Positions 18,457 through 28,110 of a DNA stretch of 64,000 nucleotides are shown here, in pieces. The stretch lies in sequence record NC_061445.1; one strand, given 5' to 3'. Position numbers and translations under genes: made by a program. How positions within the stretch are numbered: position 1 is the first letter of the stretch; every line of letters begins with the position of its first letter. The notes beneath the pieces are model-generated. The model had not been told where the DNA came from, searched no databases, and worked only from the letters and a program-made list of their open reading frames with translations.

Positions 18457-18885
18457 ATGCGCACTCAAATCTTTACCGCTGATATCCTTAATCTGGAAAC
18501 AGTGACTGTCAACGAAGAAGACGGTAGTGAAGTTCGTACACCCACTATCGTGCCTAACGTTGAAGGCGAACCTGAGTTTAACATCTACACCATTCAGTCT
18601 CTGATTCAGTCAACAACTACCGGCGAGCCTGTGTCTGACACGCGCCTGATTGTGTTGATCACACCTGACCTGCTGGCGGGCTTCTCTACTAACGGTCTGG
18701 AAAACTACTTCGACCCTATTGCTCGCGTCGAAGATATCGCTGCTGGTAACGTCGGTAGCGTCCTCGGAAAACAGGTTGTTATCAACGACAAGTCTGTTGC
18801 GCCGTGTCTTGCAGTAGCAAACGTTAGCGATGTTGAAGAGGGTGTCACAATCCTCGCGTACAGCGCCGCGCAGGTAAAACTGTAA
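18457..18885 (+). CDS. Hypothetical protein
   Basis: ATG 18457 after GAGGAG. Confidence 0.7.
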   Translation: MRTQIFTADILNLETVTVNEEDGSEVRTPTIVPNVEGEPEFNIYTIQSLIQSTTTGEPVSDTRLIVLITPDLLAGFSTNGLENYFDPIARVEDIAAGNVGSVLGKQVVINDKSVAPCLAVANVSDVEEGVTILAYSAAQVKL

Positions 18886-18939
18886 ATACTGATTAACAAC
18901 CGAACACAAATGCTGTGTGTAGTCTCGCCCGTCTTGGGC

Positions 18940-18970
18940 ATGGGAGAGCCGGATGGCCTCCCATTTTTTT
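18940..18970 (+). terminator. Intrinsic terminator
   Basis: ATGGGAG-A-GCC-GGAT-GGC-CTCCCAT plus T-tract. Confidence 0.75.
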
Positions 18971-18986
18971 ATTCTGAGGAATTTTT

Positions 18987-20060
18987 ATGAGCCAGCATAA
19001 AACTGAATTGTGGGATGAAGCTCTAGGCGGTGCACTGTCTGCTAAATACAATCAAACGGCTGAGTACGTCCCCGTGATTCGTAGCGTCAATGCACGACTC
19101 GTCGAGGAGATTGCTCCATTCCGTAGACGGCTTGTTGCGGGGTTTGAAAAGTTCCTGACTGACGCTAAAGGTAAGATTGAATACTTCGGTCCTTCACTCG
19201 AACAGTTCGCGTTATGGCTACAGCCGAACGGTAACTTCCAAAAGTCTGACTATGATATTGCTGTATTGTCTCATACGCATACCCATTTCTTTTGGCAGTA
19301 TACCCGAGCAGAGTTTGAGTTCGAAGAAGAAGTGATGGAGCATATCATCGAATCAGAAACACCTACCAAGATACCAGCGTCAATCATCAAGCAACTTCCT
19401 TACTGGACTCAATGGGTACGCGCACCTATAGGCGTTGATATCACAGGGGAACCTGCTGCATCTCAAGGCGCTAACCTGCACTTCTTTGGCGCTCTTGTGA
19501 GTTATTTGCGCTACGACAATAAAACGTTTCTGAATCTAAACGCGCCTGTGTTTACTGAGCGTGGGGATTGGAAAGACCCAGCGCTTATGGCTGCTAACGT
19601 TCGCGTGTGCATTGATGATGACATTGACTTCACCGACCCGAATACAATCATTCCTTATATGCAGGGTACGCATGAAAATTTGAGTGAGGAAATGAAACAA
19701 AAGATATTCGGTGCTGTGCGTGAATGGGCGCCGAAGATGATCAGTTGTGTGTTGTTCTTGTGCTCCCAGCAAGAAGCAGTATACAAACAGGGTGCAGTGC
19801 AGCAAGCAGTTCGCCGTAAAGGCAACAACTATAAAATGCAAGCGCTGTCCAAATCGAAACAGTTTACTGTCGGCGGCGAGTTCGTTGACCAAATACGTGA
19901 GTACGAAGCTGACGCTATGCGCTCTGCATCATGGCAGCGCCGTGCTCATATCAGACGTGGGCACTATCACCACTTCTGGACAGGGCCAAAAACAGGTGAG
20001 CGTAAACTCATTTGCAAATGGCTTCCACCGAGCATTGTTCGCGGTACTGCCGCAGAGTAA
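18987..20060 (+). CDS. Hypothetical protein with C-terminal HIRRGHYHHFW...KWLPP motif
   Basis: 357-aa ORF with GAGG RBS. Confidence 0.75.
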   Translation: MSQHKTELWDEALGGALSAKYNQTAEYVPVIRSVNARLVEEIAPFRRRLVAGFEKFLTDAKGKIEYFGPSLEQFALWLQPNGNFQKSDYDIAVLSHTHTHFFWQYTRAEFEFEEEVMEHIIESETPTKIPASIIKQLPYWTQWVRAPIGVDITGEPAASQGANLHFFGALVSYLRYDNKTFLNLNAPVFTERGDWKDPALMAANVRVCIDDDIDFTDPNTIIPYMQGTHENLSEEMKQKIFGAVREWAPKMISCVLFLCSQQEAVYKQGAVQQAVRRKGNNYKMQALSKSKQFTVGGEFVDQIREYEADAMRSASWQRRAHIRRGHYHHFWTGPKTGERKLICKWLPPSIVRGTAAE

Positions 20061-20108
20061 TAGCTCTTTTCTAAACTCCACGTATGGGCGTTATGCCCGG
20101 AGGTTAAT

Positions 20109-20867
20109 ATGTCCCGTGTACAAACTCTATGGATTCCAGATATGGAATCGTATGAACCTTATGTCCGTTCTCTGTGTCATATGGCGCGAGCGCTGGAAAA
20201 CAATGGCCTGAACTATGGTAAGTTGAAACGCGTAGTTGTTATCGGCCTGTCGAAACGCAGTGTTGAGTCTTACGTTAAACAACTGCTTAACTCTAACACT
20301 CTGCCTAACACTCTCGTCTGTTTCGGTATCGACGAAGCGCCTGACAGCCACAAAGAATTTTCGTTCATCGGCTCGCATGTTGTGTTGATGCACGACCTGA
20401 CGTATGCCGGTGACAATGCGATGCACCGTGTGTCTCAACGTGTTCTCGAAATAATCCTGAGCTTGAAGCCTAAGCCACAAGACACTGAGCTTAAAAACGG
20501 TGCGCTGTCTCTCGTATACCAGAATCCTATGCTCTGGTCATTCATACGTGACACTGGCTCAAGTATGTACGGACACAGCCGTCACATTCAATACGCAGAA
20601 GGGATCGCATCGACTGTCGGCGTAGATCAACTAATGTCCTGCGAGAACAACGAGGACTTCCATAAGCTCCATGCGCAGACAATCACAATCGGCCAAGAGT
20701 TCTTCTACGTTAAGACCTCAGAACTGCTGTCAAGGTTAGGCAGTCTTAGTTGGTCGCTCGGCTGCATAAACAGTGAGTTCAGAGCCGACTATAAAATCGT
20801 GCTGCATGAGGATCTGCGCATACCAATCTTCGAAGAATTTCTGTTAGGTGACTTCGGGGGCTTTTAA
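20109..20867 (+). CDS. Hypothetical protein
   Basis: 252-aa ORF with GGAGG RBS. Confidence 0.7.
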   Translation: MSRVQTLWIPDMESYEPYVRSLCHMARALENNGLNYGKLKRVVVIGLSKRSVESYVKQLLNSNTLPNTLVCFGIDEAPDSHKEFSFIGSHVVLMHDLTYAGDNAMHRVSQRVLEIILSLKPKPQDTELKNGALSLVYQNPMLWSFIRDTGSSMYGHSRHIQYAEGIASTVGVDQLMSCENNEDFHKLHAQTITIGQEFFYVKTSELLSRLGSLSWSLGCINSEFRADYKIVLHEDLRIPIFEEFLLGDFGGF

Positions 20868-20940
20868 GAATATTCTTAGCCTGCTCTCTAATTTCTATAT
20901 GTTGGCAAGTAGTGCTGACGTATCGTTATTGGAGAATAAC

Positions 20941-21201
20941 ATGTGCGAACGTAGCCATCTGCGGTTGAAGTACCTCGCACGGTCATCGAACTGGTGCAAT
21001 AATAAAGTAAACGCTTGTAGTGAGCGGAAGGCGAGAGATGTTCAGTGCGAAGAATTTTTGGCTGCGACCAAAGATTGTCGTTCGATTCAGAACTCGTCCA
21101 GTGTTGTTTCTTTCTTCTCTGGCCAAGAGCTTGTTGGTCAGGCTATCTGGCGTGAGATAGAGGGAGACAACATGCTTCAATTCCGGTTGCTACTTGCTTA
21201 A
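20941..21201 (+). CDS. Small hypothetical protein
   Basis: ATG 20941 preceded by the GTTATT-GGAG-AATAAC SD hairpin. Confidence 0.45.
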   Translation: MCERSHLRLKYLARSSNWCNNKVNACSERKARDVQCEEFLAATKDCRSIQNSSSVVSFFSGQELVGQAIWREIEGDNMLQFRLLLA

Positions 21202-21205
21202 CGAC

Positions 21206-21240
21206 AAAAGGGCTTTCAGAGAAAATCTGATGGCCCTTTT
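21206..21240 (+). terminator. Intrinsic terminator, possibly bidirectional
   Basis: AAAAGGGC...GCCCTTTT. Confidence 0.65.
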
Positions 21241-21296
21241 CTTATTCTATTGCTAATTTTCATCGACAAACACACTAACCGAATCTGAGGTAATTT

Positions 21297-22937
21297 ATGT
21301 CTTTGATTTCACTTAAAGGCGTAGCGTCCACATCTGCCCCTACCAAAGCGCAGAAAGATGCTGCTGTCTATATGTTTGGCTCTAAGGGCCATTCAATCGT
21401 TGCTGTGCTCGACAAATTCAGTCGTGCGAAAGAGCTACGCACCGCACACGTTGACGGTATGCTCAAGATGATGAAAGAAGGTGAAGATGACGAGATCATC
21501 AAGTTCACCGAGTCTGCTGCGGGTCGTAAGGCAATCGCTGCTGCTAAAGCATTCGCCGTAGCTAAAACGCTGACCGCCAGTATCAAAGCGCTGAAACTGA
21601 TTCGCGTTCCTGTTAAGTGGGTAGCTGGTCATTCAGACGCGGCTGCTGCGCGTATCACCGAGACAAAAGAGATTCGTGCTCGCAAGTCTGCTGCTGGTAA
21701 AGCAGAGAAGCCGATCAAGCTCGACAACCCGGGCGCACCTGAGTCTACCACAGTAGACAACAAAGTGATTGACGCGAAGAAAGGTTCTGCAACACCGGCA
21801 ACCGATGACGTAAGCGTGATTGACCGTGTAGTCAAAAACCCTTCTATCAAAAACACGTCTATCATTATCCGCCGCCTCTTTAAAGGCCATGAGACTACAT
21901 CTTCATTGATGTTCCGCAAGGGTGTCGGTACTCAATCGACGCTTCTGGGTCTTGGGTCTCACGGCAACGGACACGAGACTGGTGCCGGACTGCTGGTGGC
22001 TGCATTCAAAGCTACCGGCATCAAACCTAAGTGGTACTTAGCTGATGCTGGCGATGCTGCTTTCGATTTAGGTTCTGCTGCAAACGTAACGAAAGTGTTC
22101 AAGTGGTTGTCTGCGAGAAAGCCGGGCGAAACTTTTGCTGCCACTGCGAAGCTGCCTAAATCTGGTAAAGTACCTGCAGGTGCAACGCGTGTTGTGCGCG
22201 ATCATATCGGCAAGCCTGAGCCTGTGTCGAAAGAAAAACTCGCTTCTTCGACGTTTGATTTTGTAGGCGTTAAGTCTGCTGCTGGTGGCGCACTTAAACT
22301 GCAATTCAAACAACCGAAGAATGACAACGAATGGTCACTGACAATCCGTCGTGATAAAGACTCTATTACGAGTGACCACGATGGTTCTTCTGGCTACCAG
22401 ACTGCTGAGTCTTTCCTGCAACGCGGTATTACTGCAATCGGCGGTTCTGTTGTCGCAGAGCACCAGCAGCCGGGCAGCGCGATCTTCCAGTTTGCGAGCG
22501 AAGATCAGGCTAAAGCATATATTGCTTGGCTTAAAAAGCAGAAAGCTCAAACCATCAACTACAAAACTGAGCCTAAGATCACGGTAACCAAAGCTGCTTC
22601 ATACACACCGTCAGGTAAAACTGATGTTTCGCTGGTGGATGAAATGGCAGAAGTACCTGCACGTAAGATCGCAGCCAAACCTTTGCAGGCGCGTGAAGAA
22701 TATTTCAATGCTCTGCGCAACATCCTGCAAAACAATCTGCCTAAGTCAGAAGTGTCCGCAACATCTAACGGTGTTGTCGTAGCGAAAGGCACCAAGATGT
22801 ACACGATTCGCCTCGACGATAAATCGTGGACAATTCAGACTGGCGTTACTGGCAAGACAAAACGTATCGGCGCAACGTTCGATATCGTTGATCTGCTCGG
22901 CATGATCGACAAGTCAATTCTGAGTCCCAAAGCGTAA
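21297..22937 (+). CDS. Lys/Ala-rich hypothetical protein, possibly internal virion protein
   Basis: 546-aa ORF with its own RBS and terminator. Confidence 0.75.
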   Translation: MSLISLKGVASTSAPTKAQKDAAVYMFGSKGHSIVAVLDKFSRAKELRTAHVDGMLKMMKEGEDDEIIKFTESAAGRKAIAAAKAFAVAKTLTASIKALKLIRVPVKWVAGHSDAAAARITETKEIRARKSAAGKAEKPIKLDNPGAPESTTVDNKVIDAKKGSATPATDDVSVIDRVVKNPSIKNTSIIIRRLFKGHETTSSLMFRKGVGTQSTLLGLGSHGNGHETGAGLLVAAFKATGIKPKWYLADAGDAAFDLGSAANVTKVFKWLSARKPGETFAATAKLPKSGKVPAGATRVVRDHIGKPEPVSKEKLASSTFDFVGVKSAAGGALKLQFKQPKNDNEWSLTIRRDKDSITSDHDGSSGYQTAESFLQRGITAIGGSVVAEHQQPGSAIFQFASEDQAKAYIAWLKKQKAQTINYKTEPKITVTKAASYTPSGKTDVSLVDEMAEVPARKIAAKPLQAREEYFNALRNILQNNLPKSEVSATSNGVVVAKGTKMYTIRLDDKSWTIQTGVTGKTKRIGATFDIVDLLGMIDKSILSPKA

Positions 22938-22943
22938 ACAAAG

Positions 22944-22968
22944 AGGGTAGCTTCGGCTGCCCTTTTTT
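22944..22968 (+). terminator. Intrinsic terminator
   Basis: AGGGTAGC-TTCG-GCTGCCCT plus T-tract. Confidence 0.8.
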
Positions 22969-23037
22969 ACGTCTGATCGACCTGAAAAGTGACTGTGACT
23001 TAACTCAAACTGAGACTGCCCAAGATCTGCGAAGTCT

Positions 23038-23115
23038 GCAAATAACTGGTCAAAATAGCTCTTTATACGCACACGCGCCCGTGATACAATATATGCAGAC
23101 GCTACACAACGTAGC
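23038..23115 (+). promoter_or_regulatory. Composite early promoter element, copy 1
   Basis: CTGGTCAAAA 23046; TG-a-TACAAT 23085; GCTAC/GTAGC hairpin. Confidence 0.7.
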
Positions 23116-23143
23116 ACATACAACTAATGCTGAGGAGCATACA

Positions 23144-23470
23144 ATGAAAACTTACAACGCTGAGAACAAACACGAAATCGAAGAATTTGCGGCTGAGATC
23201 AACAAACGCATGAAGCGTACCGATGCGAAAGCAATCGTGACCAACGCCTACGCAGACGACGAGTTTTGTTTGATGGTTGTTGAGTGGGACGCAGAACTGA
23301 ATGAAGAAACTGGCGAGTGTGGTTACTTCATTGATATCCCGAGCGAAGACGGCGAGAAGCATCGCATCACTTATGCAGGTGTGCCTCACCCCGAAGATAA
23401 AGAGTACGTGTTCTACTTCGACATGTACGAAGAATTGATGCCTGAGATTGAACGTCTGAATCTCGCCTAA
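23144..23470 (+). CDS. Acidic hypothetical protein
   Basis: ATG 23144 after SD hairpin. Confidence 0.75.
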   Translation: MKTYNAENKHEIEEFAAEINKRMKRTDAKAIVTNAYADDEFCLMVVEWDAELNEETGECGYFIDIPSEDGEKHRITYAGVPHPEDKEYVFYFDMYEELMPEIERLNLA

Positions 23471-23548
23471 GCAAATATCTGGTCAAAAGCGCCGTTGCTT
23501 GAAAACGTGTGACGGCGTATTATGTAATCTCTAGCGCAATGACGCGCT
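23471..23548 (+). promoter_or_regulatory. Composite early promoter element, copy 2
   Basis: CTGGTCAAAA 23479; TTGCTT-17-TATTAT 23518; CGCCGT/ACGGCG dyad; AGCGC/GCGCT hairpin. Confidence 0.65.
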
Positions 23549-23572
23549 CAACACTGAAAGAGGCAACAAACA

Positions 23573-23812
23573 ATGGCTGAGAAACAAGTAGTTCTTGATC
23601 TGATCGCAGACGTAGCATCACCTACAGAAGTTATCTTCGAAGACGGTCAATCGTCTAATGAGTGGCTCGCACCGTACGATTTGCGCCTCACCGTGTCACT
23701 GCACACTGGCCCGAACGGCTACCCCGAAGTGAACATCATCGGCGATGAAGACGATCTGAAACGCTTCTTGTTTGAACACGACTTTGAAGGTTCAGTCGAA
23801 GACGTGAAGTAA
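23573..23812 (+). CDS. Acidic hypothetical protein
   Basis: 79-aa ORF with GAGG RBS. Confidence 0.7.
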   Translation: MAEKQVVLDLIADVASPTEVIFEDGQSSNEWLAPYDLRLTVSLHTGPNGYPEVNIIGDEDDLKRFLFEHDFEGSVEDVK

Positions 23813-23819
23813 GTTGTTT

Positions 23820-23848
23820 GAGCGGGGCTTCGGCCTCGCTTCTTTTAT
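23820..23848 (+). terminator. Intrinsic terminator
   Basis: GAGCGGGGC-TTCG-GCCTCGCTT plus T-tract. Confidence 0.7.
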
Positions 23849-23869
23849 TCTGCCGAAGAGAAAGTAACT

Positions 23870-24376
23870 ATGAAGAATCAATATCTCGTTATTCGCATGA
23901 GTGCCGTTGACATATACGACCGTACATTTCTAATGCGTGGCTTCAATATGAAGCGCATCGAAAAAGTTATCGGCGTTATCGCTGTCGTCGGTGAAGGTCT
24001 GCTGACTTCTGATTCTAAGATGTACCATCTGTCTCGCGTCAACATCGATCTGTTGGCGTCTGATACACAGCAGAGCTGGGGACGCCTGAGCTGGTCAAGC
24101 ATTGACGCCACGCTCATTGATTCTGGTATGCGCCGTCTGCCGCCAGAACTGCTTGATAGAATTAAGGCAATGCGCACTAATCGCATCTATTACGGCGTCG
24201 ATACGACGATACCAGAAGCGTTTCGTGACTGTCACACTGAGTTGGTGTATACGCCAAGCGCCGCTCGCAAGTTAGTAGATCGCGCCGAGAAACTTGCTGC
24301 GTTGAGTGAGTACAGCGTAGAAGATATTATCGCTCACCTGAAAACGCGCATTGAAGGCGTCACTATAGCTTTCTAA
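23870..24376 (+). CDS. Hypothetical protein
   Basis: 168-aa ORF. Confidence 0.65.
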   Translation: MKNQYLVIRMSAVDIYDRTFLMRGFNMKRIEKVIGVIAVVGEGLLTSDSKMYHLSRVNIDLLASDTQQSWGRLSWSSIDATLIDSGMRRLPPELLDRIKAMRTNRIYYGVDTTIPEAFRDCHTELVYTPSAARKLVDRAEKLAALSEYSVEDIIAHLKTRIEGVTIAF

Positions 24377-24438
24377 TCGTTATCTGACTGTGGCGTTACG
24401 GCGCCACGTACTTCACAACTTAATTGAGAGAACATGCC

Positions 24439-25053
24439 ATGAACCTCGTAACAACTTTCTTCGTCAAACGCTCTTACGCTTCACTCGCCGCTGGCAGTTT
24501 TGCAATCGACGCCAAACACGTTCAAGAGCTGATTGAATGTGAGTGCATGATCGTACACGTCGATACAGGCCATCGTAATGCGTTCGCCTTGAAGAACATC
24601 GCTCTGACGCCTATCGACGAGCACAACGTGCGCGTTACGTTCGACCCTCTGACAGACGCACACGCAATGCCGTCTTCTGTCATGCCGAAAGATCTGAAAG
24701 GCAGTATTCAAGTCTATGGCATGTACAGTGAAGATCTGAAAGACGTGCCACGCTTCGACGTGTCAAACGATGCGTCAGGCAACAACCCAAACATTCTGTC
24801 ACTTGATCTTGAATGCCGCCAGCGCCTGATGCAGTATCACGGTGGCATGTGTACGCTGACCGAACTGTGCCTGTCACTCTTTGAGAAAGGCATTCACATT
24901 GTCGATATTCATCACAACGTCAAACAGCACGATCACGGCGTCGGCGTTTTCACTCAGCGCTATCGCACTGCGTTTGAGCTGAACAAAGACAACGGCATTA
25001 AACGCCACAACGATGATTATCCAGTTCTGGCGCGTATGACTGTTTTAATGTAA
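24439..25053 (+). CDS. Hypothetical protein
   Basis: ATG 24439, in frame with the track ORF. Confidence 0.65.
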   Translation: MNLVTTFFVKRSYASLAAGSFAIDAKHVQELIECECMIVHVDTGHRNAFALKNIALTPIDEHNVRVTFDPLTDAHAMPSSVMPKDLKGSIQVYGMYSEDLKDVPRFDVSNDASGNNPNILSLDLECRQRLMQYHGGMCTLTELCLSLFEKGIHIVDIHHNVKQHDHGVGVFTQRYRTAFELNKDNGIKRHNDDYPVLARMTVLM

Positions 25054-25102
25054 ACACACAATGCCTCGCAACGTGCGGGGCTTTTTCTATTTGGAGAATG
25101 TT

Positions 25103-25363
25103 ATGGTATACGAACGCGAAGAACTTCAAGACATGCCGCTTGATGTGCTCTACCATCTGGCGTGCGCTAAAGGTCTGCTGGACGATCTCGACGATGAAGA
25201 CGATGTGCCTGATCGTGAAGTGCTGGTGGGCATGATTCTTGATGCGCAGAGCGAAGATGAACAGGCAGAACAAAACGCTGCCGACAAACAACGCGCCGAA
25301 GATGATCGCGATCCGCGTATCAATCGTCGTGATGGCCAAGACGGATCTGAGGACTACTGCTAA
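25103..25363 (+). CDS. Acidic protein with a two-helix (Rho-N/HeH-like) module
   Basis: ATG 25103 after GGAG; LQDMPLDVLYHLACAKGL...DREVLVGMI. Confidence 0.65.
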   Translation: MVYEREELQDMPLDVLYHLACAKGLLDDLDDEDDVPDREVLVGMILDAQSEDEQAEQNAADKQRAEDDRDPRINRRDGQDGSEDYC

Positions 25364-25581
25364 TGTCACCTACTGAACTGAATGAGTATGTTCACCTCGT
25401 ACTGACGCCTGTTGCTATGGCATGGCGCGAGCAATTCCCCAAAAAGAAACAAACGATTTGTACGATGAAGACGCCGTACTCTTGTCGTATCAAGTTCGTT
25501 GATGACCGTGAAGTTGAAAAAGCGTGGCAAGCATTCTGCCGCACACACGGTATCAAGAACGAAGAAACACTCGAAGTCTAA
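25363..25581 (+). CDS. Small hypothetical protein
   Basis: Coupled start. Confidence 0.6.
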   Translation: MSPTELNEYVHLVLTPVAMAWREQFPKKKQTICTMKTPYSCRIKFVDDREVEKAWQAFCRTHGIKNEETLEV

Positions 25582-25585
25582 ATTC

Positions 25586-25614
25586 AAGGGCTGCCATTGC
25601 TGGTGGCCCTTTTT
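25586..25614 (+). terminator. Intrinsic terminator
   Basis: AAGGGCTGCCA-TTGC-TGGTGGCCCTT plus T-tract. Confidence 0.7.
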
Positions 25615-25619
25615 CATTT

Positions 25620-25628
25620 CTGTAAATA
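25620..25628 (+). promoter_or_regulatory. CTGTAAATA candidate phage-sigma promoter
   Basis: Just after a terminator, about 33 nt upstream of ATG 25661. Confidence 0.55.
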
Positions 25629-25660
25629 CTCCGCACACTAACCACAACGCGGAACTTATA

Positions 25661-26029
25661 ATGCGCCGATTTGTACTCATCTTCAACGTCAGTCAGGAAG
25701 AACTAGATGACCGTCGTTTCTTTCAGGCAAAGCTCAACATTGTCTCATCACTGCGCCGCGCTCGCTGTGTGTTTCTCGTCGTGCGCGAGACAAAGCAGGT
25801 ACTCTGTGTCTCTGAGCTAACGTATCAACCAAGCGTCGAACCCGGCATTCGTCAGGTAGACTTCGACGCCCCGCGTGATGTGACCGCATACGTTCTGCCA
25901 TTCACCGAACTCACTACTGCTATGGTCAATAACTCGCAGGACCCAAGCATTCGCTACTTTGGCCGTCAGCTTGAAATGGATGCTGACCAGCTTAAACGTT
26001 TTCACACTCAACTGGAGATTGTCCCATGA
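25661..26029 (+). CDS. Hypothetical protein
   Basis: ATG 25661, in frame with the track ORF. Confidence 0.6.
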   Translation: MRRFVLIFNVSQEELDDRRFFQAKLNIVSSLRRARCVFLVVRETKQVLCVSELTYQPSVEPGIRQVDFDAPRDVTAYVLPFTELTTAMVNNSQDPSIRYFGRQLEMDADQLKRFHTQLEIVP

Positions 26030-26268
26030 GTCAGTCATTAGGCGCTTCACTTGGTGCTCGCTTCGCTGTTAGCTCTCAGGAGAATATTGAGCGCCGTAAG
26101 AAGCGTGACCCGAAGAACAAGACGCTGACCTGTGCTGGCACTACAGCGCAGTACAATGCTGTCGGTATGCTCGCTAACAAACTCGACGTGTCACGCTCGC
26201 GTGTCATTGAATTGGCAATCGAAGAACTGCTGGCGAAGCATGGTATTAAGGTTGAGAGTGATGAGTAA
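26026..26268 (+). CDS. Ribbon-helix-helix (CopG-like) DNA-binding protein
   Basis: LANKLDVSRSRVIELAIEELL helix pattern. Confidence 0.65.
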   Translation: MSQSLGASLGARFAVSSQENIERRKKRDPKNKTLTCAGTTAQYNAVGMLANKLDVSRSRVIELAIEELLAKHGIKVESDE

Positions 26269-26626
26269 CGATACGCATATCTTTTGCCGACTGTATGGCG
26301 TACAGCACCGACTGCGTATCATCGCATATAACTTCCTCAAACCTCAGCACATGATAACAGTCGATCCCTCTGACGTGCTCAAGATGATGCCTCGCATTAT
26401 GGTGGGAGCAGCATACGACACGTACACGCCGTACAAAGTGATCAAGGCGGGACGTGCTGACTTCAAAATCCGCCTGATAGAGCGCACTGATGCGAACGTG
26501 TGGCGCTACGTGTTCGAAGACTATCGAGGCAAGCTGTTTGAGACTTACTTAAATCGGAGAACGTATGATACAGCTGGGGACGATAACAGCGTTAAGTCTA
26601 AAAGACAAAGCGCCACGATCCACTGA
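26261..26626 (+). CDS. Hypothetical protein
   Basis: ATG 26261 overlaps upstream stop. Confidence 0.6.
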   Translation: MSNDTHIFCRLYGVQHRLRIIAYNFLKPQHMITVDPSDVLKMMPRIMVGAAYDTYTPYKVIKAGRADFKIRLIERTDANVWRYVFEDYRGKLFETYLNRRTYDTAGDDNSVKSKRQSATIH

Positions 26627-27200
26627 CATTGATATCACGCCCGTATCGAAAGACGAAGACTGGGGCTCATTGAGTCCCTTTCATCTCGGGCCGTGTCGCA
26701 CACCTGACGGTACGATGTTTCTCAACATGGAAAACTTGTGGCAGTACAGCAAGGTCTATGAAGACCACATCGTCAACTCGAATGATATCTTTCACGGTGA
26801 GATAAGCAGAGAGTGGTATGAGTGGCATCTCAAAGGTGCTGGCTCAAAACAGGCGCATCGCTATCCTATGGGGAAAGACCAAAAGGCTTTGTTCTCCAAA
26901 TGGGGCGACTTGCGCCTTTCTTACGTTTCAGCACGAAAACAAATCTACGTGCCGGAATATGCCAAGCTGGTAATCAATCAGCCGAAGTTCAAACGTCTGC
27001 TCAAGGAATATAAGAAAGGTGCGAAGATCGTTGTGCGCGATTATGACACCTACGATATTCTACGGGCCTACCCAAATGCTCGTAGCCCTTGGCTCGAAGC
27101 GATCAACAACCCGAACGCGAAGTTTGGTCACTCATTCGTGATTGCCCTCGCCCTGCTGTTTCACGACAGACCACTATGGTACAATCAATGGATAATCTAA
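26565..27200 (+). CDS. DUF6939-like protein, possibly NADAR-related
   Basis: IDITP...LSPF..G...NMENLWQYSKVY...ARKQIYVPEY pattern, as recalled for DUF6939; not searched. Confidence 0.45.
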   Translation: MIQLGTITALSLKDKAPRSTDIDITPVSKDEDWGSLSPFHLGPCRTPDGTMFLNMENLWQYSKVYEDHIVNSNDIFHGEISREWYEWHLKGAGSKQAHRYPMGKDQKALFSKWGDLRLSYVSARKQIYVPEYAKLVINQPKFKRLLKEYKKGAKIVVRDYDTYDILRAYPNARSPWLEAINNPNAKFGHSFVIALALLFHDRPLWYNQWII

Positions 27201-27505
27201 AGTATCTGGCTTGCATTGAACTGAGCACAAGAGAAGGTAATCTGAATCTACCTATCTTACCTAAGTGTGATATGCAGGCGTTTCTGCTGGACAGCCGTAC
27301 TAAAACGAAAGTGCCTATCAAGCTCAATGCCACAAACGTGGTGAAAGTCTGCGGCAAGACGTGTGGCAGCCTGCAATGGTTCGACTGCGTTAATCTGCTT
27401 ATTTGGTCGTCATTCGAGCCAGAGCGTTTCACGCTGTATATTGAGCGGACACTCAAAGCAGACGAGACAGCGCGCGCCCTGCAATCTGCTGAACTCTGCA
27501 AATAA
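27188..27505 (+). CDS. Hypothetical protein
   Basis: ATG 27188; stop lies inside promoter copy 3. Confidence 0.55.
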   Translation: MDNLKYLACIELSTREGNLNLPILPKCDMQAFLLDSRTKTKVPIKLNATNVVKVCGKTCGSLQWFDCVNLLIWSSFEPERFTLYIERTLKADETARALQSAELCK

Positions 27506-27570
27506 CTGGTCAAAATAGCCGTTCTGTTTAGTAGCTCGATATGATATACTAAGAGCGAGCGCTATTGCTC
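27498..27570 (+). promoter_or_regulatory. Composite early promoter element, copy 3
   Basis: CTGGTCAAAA 27506; TG-a-TATACT 27545; GAGC/GCTC hairpin. Confidence 0.7.
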
Positions 27571-27598
27571 AAAAACAACTAAAGCTGAGGAGCTTATC

Positions 27599-28039
27599 AT
27601 GACTACTACTTACAACATCGCTGATCTGAAAACCCCTGAAATGTTCGCAGATGCCCGCCTGGGTCACTTATCAGATTTCGCTGATAAACTTCGCGCTCTG
27701 CTGGGTCGTGAAGATATGTATCTGGAACTTGAAGCAGAAGAGGGTGCTGATATTTCAGACGTGTGCCCTGATGCAGATTCTGTTGTGGGGGACAATCTGA
27801 TCAACCTGCATATTCACTATGCAGATGACCCTGATCATGTAAGCGATAAGGGTGCATGGTACGCTTACTTAGCTTTCCCGCATGTTGAAAATCATTGGGG
27901 CGAGTGGACAAATAGTTTCATCCTGTTTGTCGAATCTAACGACGGGGATTTCCTTGAAGAGATCGCGTTCGAAAATGGCAACCCGAAAATGCTGTCTGAT
28001 ATTGTCGACCGCATTAACTACTGGTTCCCTGCCGAATAA
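27599..28039 (+). CDS. Acidic hypothetical protein
   Basis: 146 aa, SD hairpin upstream. Confidence 0.75.
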   Translation: MTTTYNIADLKTPEMFADARLGHLSDFADKLRALLGREDMYLELEAEEGADISDVCPDADSVVGDNLINLHIHYADDPDHVSDKGAWYAYLAFPHVENHWGEWTNSFILFVESNDGDFLEEIAFENGNPKMLSDIVDRINYWFPAE

Positions 28040-28086
28040 GTGATTTGTGTTGAGCATTCGCTGAGTGCTCAATGAAAATCCAAACA
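28040..28086 (+). repeat. Intergenic hairpin repeat, copy A
   Basis: GATTTGTG-TTGAGCATTC-GCT-GAGTGCTCAA-TGAAAATC. Confidence 0.75.
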
Positions 28087-28110
28087 ACACCCTAAGCTAA
28101 GGAGCTTAAC

